DNA of 35,462 nucleotides from Clostridia bacterium (GTDB lineage Bacteria; Bacillota; Clostridia; Christensenellales; CAG-314), in assembly GCA_017500905.1 (NCBI GenBank), contig JAFVXX010000114.1:1-35462 (forward strand). The letters are read 5' to 3'. A program made the translations under genes and the position numbers. The notes beneath the pieces were generated by a model. The model ran no database searches and was not told where the DNA came from. It saw only the letters and a program-made list of their open reading frames with translations. This document shows, piece by piece, positions 30,979 through 35,462 of the stretch. The first letter of the stretch is position 1. Every line of letters begins with the position of its first letter.

Positions 30979-32564
30979 TTTGTCGCACCTCCTTTTTTGC
31001 TTCTGCGTGGCTTTTGACTTGCAAAAAACTTTGCTACGTCCACAATTTCGTCACCCTCAAGGGCAATTTGACGCTTGATTTCTTCGGTAAGCTTGGCTCT
31101 TTGCGACAGCTTGATTTTGTACACAACTCCCAAGCATTGTATGGTTACAAGGGGCGTCATTGCAACAAATGCCACTACGCCAAACGCATCGGTAAAGGCG
31201 TTGCCTCCCAGCTGCGCACATGCTCCCAATGCAAATGGAAGCAAAAAGGTTGTCGTCATGGGGCCGCTTGCCACGCCACCGCTGTCAAATGCGATACCTG
31301 TAAATATCTTTGGCACAAACAAGCTAAGCAGCAGCGCAACTGCGTAGCCGGGGACGATTATCCACCAGATGGAAAGCCCTGTAAGCACACGCACCATGGA
31401 CAATCCCACTGATACGCAAACCGACACGGACAGCACCTTTAGCATTGTGCTGCGCTTGATGATACCCGACGTAATTTCCTCTACCTGCTTGGTCAGCACG
31501 TGTACTGCCGGCTCGGCAAGGACGATGCATGCGCCAATCACCATGCCTACAGGCACAATCAGGCAATTGTTACCCAGCCCTGCCAACGTTTTGCCAATGT
31601 AGGAGCCTGCACTCATAAAGCCAACGTTGACGCTTGTCAAAAAGACGGACAAGCCCACGTAGGTGTACACTAAGCCGACGCCAATCTTTAGCCATTGCAG
31701 TCGTGACAGCTTGCCGTTGAACGATTGAAACAATGCAAAAAACGCCGTGATGGGCAACAGCGCCACACCTACCTCCTTTAGGTAGTGCGGAAACGCCTTT
31801 ACAAAGGTGCCCAACACCTGTACAAAGCCGGTGTATGTAACCATATCCTGTGGTCGGCCTGCCTCGGGGCTGATTTCGGGATGGTAAAACAATCCCAGCA
31901 GCACCACCATAAGTATTGGCCCAACCGAGCACAAAGCAATCATACCAAAGCTGTTGTCTTGCGAGTTTTTGCCGCCAAGGTTGGCCGACAGGCCTATGCC
32001 CAACGCCATGATGAAGGGCACCGTGATGGGGCCTGTGGTTACACCACCGCTGTCAAAAGCAAGGGGGACAAAGTTGCTGTCCACAAAGCCTGCCAGGGCA
32101 AACAAAATTACGTAAAACACAACAAGCAGCACGTTTAGGTTGATTTTGACAAAAATACGCAAAAAGGAAAGAAGCAAAAAGATGCCAACACCCGTAGCAA
32201 TGGTTACAAGCAGCACGGTTGGTGGGATTGCATCCCCCACTTGACCGGCAAGCACCATCAAATCGGGCTCTGCAATGGTCACGATGAAGCCAATGATGAA
32301 GGCAACCAGCAAAATTGTGGGCAAACGCCTGCGCTTGGTAGTAAGCAAACGGCCAATTTGCGTGCCTATCGCCGTCATGGACGTGTCACTTCCCAGCGAA
32401 TACAACGCCATGCCACCTATCAAAAACAATGCTCCCAACAAAAATGCCACCAAATTGAGCGTGGGCATTGGCGTAGTGACAAAGTTTAGTATCACCACGA
32501 TGATTGTGATGGGAAGCACGGCAACTACGGCTTCTTTAAGCTTTTCCAACAAAATTTTTGCCAA
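30975..32564 (-). CDS. DUF1538-type integral membrane protein (tandem-domain, putative transporter)
   Basis: Polytopic. The motif FDSGGVTTGPITVPF in the first half recurs as FDSGGVASGPMTTTF in the second half, indicating an internal duplication. I favour the TTG at 32564 (AAGGAG 8 nt upstream). The longest ORF starts at the TTG at 32594, which has no SD. Confidence 0.7.
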   Translation of the reverse strand: MAKILLEKLKEAVVAVLPITIIVVILNFVTTPMPTLNLVAFLLGALFLIGGMALYSLGSDTSMTAIGTQIGRLLTTKRRRLPTILLVAFIIGFIVTIAEPDLMVLAGQVGDAIPPTVLLVTIATGVGIFLLLSFLRIFVKINLNVLLVVFYVILFALAGFVDSNFVPLAFDSGGVTTGPITVPFIMALGIGLSANLGGKNSQDNSFGMIALCSVGPILMVVLLGLFYHPEISPEAGRPQDMVTYTGFVQVLGTFVKAFPHYLKEVGVALLPITAFFALFQSFNGKLSRLQWLKIGVGLVYTYVGLSVFLTSVNVGFMSAGSYIGKTLAGLGNNCLIVPVGMVIGACIVLAEPAVHVLTKQVEEITSGIIKRSTMLKVLSVSVCVSVGLSMVRVLTGLSIWWIIVPGYAVALLLSLFVPKIFTGIAFDSGGVASGPMTTTFLLPFALGACAQLGGNAFTDAFGVVAFVAMTPLVTIQCLGVVYKIKLSQRAKLTEEIKRQIALEGDEIVDVAKFFASQKPRRSKKGGATK

Positions 32565-32700
32565 ATCTACTACTCCTTTGGGCAAACTTTTCAATTTTTA
32601 ATTGAAAACTACTTCTGTAAATATCATAGCAAACCCGGCTTGCTTTTGTCAAACAAATTAGAGTCCGTCCAAATGTAAAAATTGTGTATTTTTTTACACT

Positions 32701-32727
32701 AAAAAACAGCGAACAATGTTCGCTGTT
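32701..32727 (-). terminator. rho-independent terminator after the cysteine-hydrolase gene
   Basis: Stem aacagcgaac (32705-32714) / gttcgctgtt (32718-32727). A T-run follows on the minus strand (plus-strand A-run 32701-32706). Confidence 0.8.
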
Positions 32728-32733
32728 TAGTAA

Positions 32734-33249
32734 TTAATATACTACCTCAATTTGGCACATTTTCATTGCCTCCAAGGCGTTGCTGTGGCTGGCAGGCGTA
32801 ACCCCTGCACAACAATTGGCATGCACAACCACCTTTGCTTCGGTGCTGTACGCCTTGATAAGCATTGCGTTGCTGATGACGCAAATGTCGGTGCACAAGC
32901 CCACAAGATTGACCACGTCGAAGCCTCCATCCTTTACGTATTGCGCCAAATTGACGCTGCCAAAGGTGGGCTTGTCGATTACGTTGGTGGCATATTGCGC
33001 CAATTGATCCACAATTTGCCAGCCCCAAGTGCCCTTTATGCAATGCTGTACGGGTAGCCTTGCGCCCTCTTGGGTGGAAAGGTAATTTTCACCGTGAGTG
33101 TCACGGGTAAAGACAACCTCGTTGCCGTTGCCGACGGCTGCTTGGCACAAACGCACTACGTTGTCTACAATGGCTTGCGCCTCTGCAGTGCCCAATGCAC
33201 CCGTTACAAAGTCGTTTTGCATATCCACAACTACCAAAAGCTGCTTCAT
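32734..33249 (-). CDS. isochorismatase-family cysteine hydrolase (nicotinamidase-like)
   Basis: Start set at the ATG at 33249 behind AAGGAGGTG. VVVDMQNDF supplies the catalytic Asp region and GLCTDICV the catalytic Cys. Confidence 0.85.
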   Translation of the reverse strand: MKQLLVVVDMQNDFVTGALGTAEAQAIVDNVVRLCQAAVGNGNEVVFTRDTHGENYLSTQEGARLPVQHCIKGTWGWQIVDQLAQYATNVIDKPTFGSVNLAQYVKDGGFDVVNLVGLCTDICVISNAMLIKAYSTEAKVVVHANCCAGVTPASHSNALEAMKMCQIEVVY

Positions 33250-33318
33250 AGTTGCCACCTCCTTGTCTTTGGTACAATTATACTACTACCTTGCAAAAAA
33301 CTCAACTGCATTTGCCCA

Positions 33319-33711
33319 TTACAGCAAAATTTTGTTGCAAGCAACAAGCTGCGCCTGACACCCATCCAGTCTGTACACAAACAGCTGCGTGCATGGCAAA
33401 TCGGCATCGCCCACGGCAAGCAGCAAGCAGGTTGTGCCATCCCCCATGCAAACGGTGCTTATTTGGGGACGCCATCCACACGTGGCAGCAGGCACAAAGC
33501 TGTAGCCCTCCTTGCCGCCTACGACAATTTTGATGGAATTGGCAAACATGCTTTTGCCCTTGTACTCCACCACCAAATCCACGCTGACGTCGCCAAAGCC
33601 AAAGTCGGCATCCAGCGTCTGCGCCACCATTTCGCCCCCTGCAAGACCAAGCAACGCACAGGGCAACGTTGCAAAAAATGTTACTGCCGAAACAAGTGTT
33701 TTAAGCTTCAT
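33319..33711 (-). CDS. small secreted protein, function unknown
   Basis: Start set at the ATG at 33711 behind AGGAGG, replacing the track start 33846. The signal-peptide-like N-terminus is MKLKTLVSAVTFFATLPCALLGLAGG. About 130 aa. Confidence 0.6.
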   Translation of the reverse strand: MKLKTLVSAVTFFATLPCALLGLAGGEMVAQTLDADFGFGDVSVDLVVEYKGKSMFANSIKIVVGGKEGYSFVPAATCGWRPQISTVCMGDGTTCLLLAVGDADLPCTQLFVYRLDGCQAQLVACNKILL

Positions 33712-33828
33712 TTTGCCTCCTACCATACTGATGAGTTTAGATTGTGCAATTGCACAAATTTTACGCATGGAATTGACAATGCAGGGCGTAAATGCTACAA
33801 TTAAACAAAGGAGCAACACACATACACT

Positions 33829-34524
33829 ATGTTTACTCGTACACAACTGCTTATTGGAAGCAACAACCTACAGCTTTTGCAAGCTCAGCACGTAGCCGTG
33901 TTTGGCGTGGGTGGAGTTGGCGCATTTTGCGCCGAGGCCCTTGCCCGTGCAGGCATTGGCAAGCTGACCATTGTAGACAACGACGTTGTAAAGACAAGCA
34001 ACCTCAATCGTCAGCTGATTGCCACCACCAACACCATTGGTCAACACAAGGTGGAGGTGCTTAAGCAACGCCTGTTGCAAATCAATGCCAGCCTGCAGGT
34101 GGAGGCATTTAATTGCTTTTTTGACGCAACCACCTGCTGTCAAATGCCCTTTGACACCTTTGACTACGTTGTGGACGCCATTGACACGGTAACAAGCAAG
34201 CTTCTTCTTGCCGAAATTTGCCACAAACAGGGCATACCGTTGGTCAGTTGTATGGGTACGGGCAACAAGCTGCATCCCGAGTTGCTACAAATTGCAGATA
34301 TCAGCCAAACCTCCGTTTGCCCCCTTGCAAGGGTGATGCGTAAGGAGCTTAAAGCACGTGGCGTACCCTCCCTAAAAGTAGTTTTCTCCAAGGAGCCACC
34401 CGTAAAATTGGATTTTCAACCCACCGAAAACGGCAGGCATATCCCTGCAAGCATATCCTTTGTGCCACCCACAGCCGGCATGCTACTTGCCTCAGCCGTC
34501 GTAAACGATTTAATAAAAATGTAA
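33829..34524 (+). CDS. tcdA: tRNA threonylcarbamoyladenosine dehydratase (ThiF/MoeB-fold, TcdA/CsdL type)
   Basis: 231 aa. The Rossmann motif VAVFGVGGVGAFCAEALARAGIGKLTIVDNDVVKTSNLNRQ and the overall size fit the TcdA subgroup of E1-like enzymes. Confidence 0.8.
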   Translation: MFTRTQLLIGSNNLQLLQAQHVAVFGVGGVGAFCAEALARAGIGKLTIVDNDVVKTSNLNRQLIATTNTIGQHKVEVLKQRLLQINASLQVEAFNCFFDATTCCQMPFDTFDYVVDAIDTVTSKLLLAEICHKQGIPLVSCMGTGNKLHPELLQIADISQTSVCPLARVMRKELKARGVPSLKVVFSKEPPVKLDFQPTENGRHIPASISFVPPTAGMLLASAVVNDLIKM

Positions 34525-34534
34525 AACAGCAACC

Positions 34535-34566
34535 AAAAAGGACTGACGCCTGTCAGTCCTTTTTTG
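34535..34566. terminator. bidirectional terminator between tcdA and the AT-rich gene
   Basis: Stem aggactgac (34539-34547) / gtcagtcct (34552-34560), flanked by an A-run and a T-run. Confidence 0.8.
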
Positions 34567-34578
34567 GTGTTTATCTTA

Positions 34579-35106
34579 TTATATTTTTTCTACAACAAAA
34601 TAAAAGGTGGTTTTGTGTATTTCAACCTCGTTACTTTTCACCATATCATCATTTACTAACAAAATAGCAAAGCCATTGAATCTCTTGGGTTCGTTGACTC
34701 TATTGTTGGCGTCCAATAAGTCTTTCAGTTTTATCTTATCCTTTTTGTATCCTTCAATTCGTTTGGAAATTACGTTGTTAGGAATATTTTCCAATTTATT
34801 AACGCCCTTTAAGTCGTTTTTCACCTTACCCTTGGTACCATACTTCAATTCAATCAGTGTGTATTTGTTTTCTTCCACTTCCACAACAATATCAACGTAA
34901 ACGTATTTACCTTTTGAAGTTACTCCTGGGTTCTCAAAGGGCACTTCAACGTAAACATTGTCATAGGCTTGCAATTTGTGTGGTGTATTGCATCCATGCT
35001 TTAACATCTCCACCAAAGCATATCTAAATTGTTCTTCATTTTGAAAAACGTATTGTGCCTGTTTACACACGGCTTCAACATATTTCTCAAGCGCATCTTT
35101 TTTCAT
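34579..35106 (-). CDS. hypothetical protein with a PD-(D/E)xK nuclease-like motif, in an AT-rich segment
   Basis: Start set at the ATG at 35106 (GGGGTG 8 nt upstream). YVEVPFE...KYVYVDIVVEVEENKYTLIELKYGTKG fits the E...D...E-x-K arrangement of restriction-endonuclease-fold proteins. The gene is visibly AT-richer than its neighbours. Confidence 0.5.
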   Translation of the reverse strand: MKKDALEKYVEAVCKQAQYVFQNEEQFRYALVEMLKHGCNTPHKLQAYDNVYVEVPFENPGVTSKGKYVYVDIVVEVEENKYTLIELKYGTKGKVKNDLKGVNKLENIPNNVISKRIEGYKKDKIKLKDLLDANNRVNEPKRFNGFAILLVNDDMVKSNEVEIHKTTFYFVVEKI

Positions 35107-35121
35107 AATTAACACACCCCA

Positions 35122-35462
35122 CTATCCAAGTAAGCAATCTTCTAAAAAGTCAAGGTCTTCGTAGGTAAAGCGATTGTCGGCGCACATCAAGGCAATGCAC
35201 AGACAAACAAACGGTTCCTTTGCCTTGTAGGGCAGGCTTTGCTTAAAGGTTGATACTGCGCGCTTGATCTTGATGCTTTGAAAAGATGCCACCTTGTCGC
35301 AATAGTAATCGTAGTTGCACTCGTGAATATCAAACACGTACTTTATAAACTCCCACTCGCCACTAAGCAACTCGCCGTCCAATCCTGCTACAACCACCAA
35401 GCTGTCGATGGTTGCCTCGGTAATTTCAAAACCGCTTATGTAATTACACAATACGTCCCACA
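35122..35462 (-). CDS. hypothetical protein, tentatively TerB-like helical domain (5' end probably beyond the window)
   Basis: The frame stays open to the window edge; the track start at 35451 is a TTG. VVVAGLDGELLSGEWEFIKYVF and LCIALMCADNRFTYEDLDFLEDCL resemble the paired A-D-G...E helices of TerB-type domains. The stop lies 15 nt before the next gene. Confidence 0.35.
   Translation of the reverse strand, partial: WDVLCNYISGFEITEATIDSLVVVAGLDGELLSGEWEFIKYVFDIHECNYDYYCDKVASFQSIKIKRAVSTFKQSLPYKAKEPFVCLCIALMCADNRFTYEDLDFLEDCLLG

Overview
This 35.5-kb window looks like an ordinary chromosomal region with no rRNA, CRISPR array or recognisable transposase. By inference it comes from an anaerobic Bacillota (Clostridia-like) genome. 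The grounds for that are strong AGGAGG-type SD sites, many TTGACA-17-TATAAT promoters, a trimeric [FeFe]-hydrogenase, a membrane pyrophosphatase and a SipW-type peptidase. About 80% of the genes are on the minus strand.

Housekeeping content:
- trpS (partial, missing from the ORF track), rpmE, an ABC-2 exporter pair, uvrC and tmRNA (ssrA, found by eye).
- hydCBA, hppA, a two-ORF SNF2 helicase, tRNA-Val and tRNA-Glu, and an OmpR/HK two-component pair.
- dtd-sdaA, a P-loop kinase, MarR, a flippase-like membrane protein, and a DUF1538/PII/PII/acyl-ACP-thioesterase operon.
- A nicotinamidase-like hydrolase and tcdA.

Accessory or unusual content:
1. A four-gene operon (8064-11659, minus strand) encodes an atypically long SipW/archaeal-type signal peptidase. 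It also encodes three paralogous secreted proteins whose predicted mature N-termini all read TW(S/R)YATG(D/N). This arrangement resembles tapA-sipW-tasA. A 176-bp internal duplication carries a ghost copy of the peptidase 3' end.
2. Immediately upstream lies a divergent pair of small Cro/CI-type HTH genes with a duplicated 17-bp operator. The pair is AT-richer than its surroundings and is bracketed by two ~130-bp direct repeats.
3. A GNAT-like protein is followed by a stand-alone KxDG ATP-dependent RNA-ligase-like gene.
4. A ~165-nt array of GATGAAATC / GATTTCATC units sits between two terminators next to tRNA-Val.
5. An AT-rich PD-(D/E)xK-like gene sits behind a tentatively TerB-like gene at the right edge.

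All calls come from reading the sequence and the ORF translations. No database search was run.
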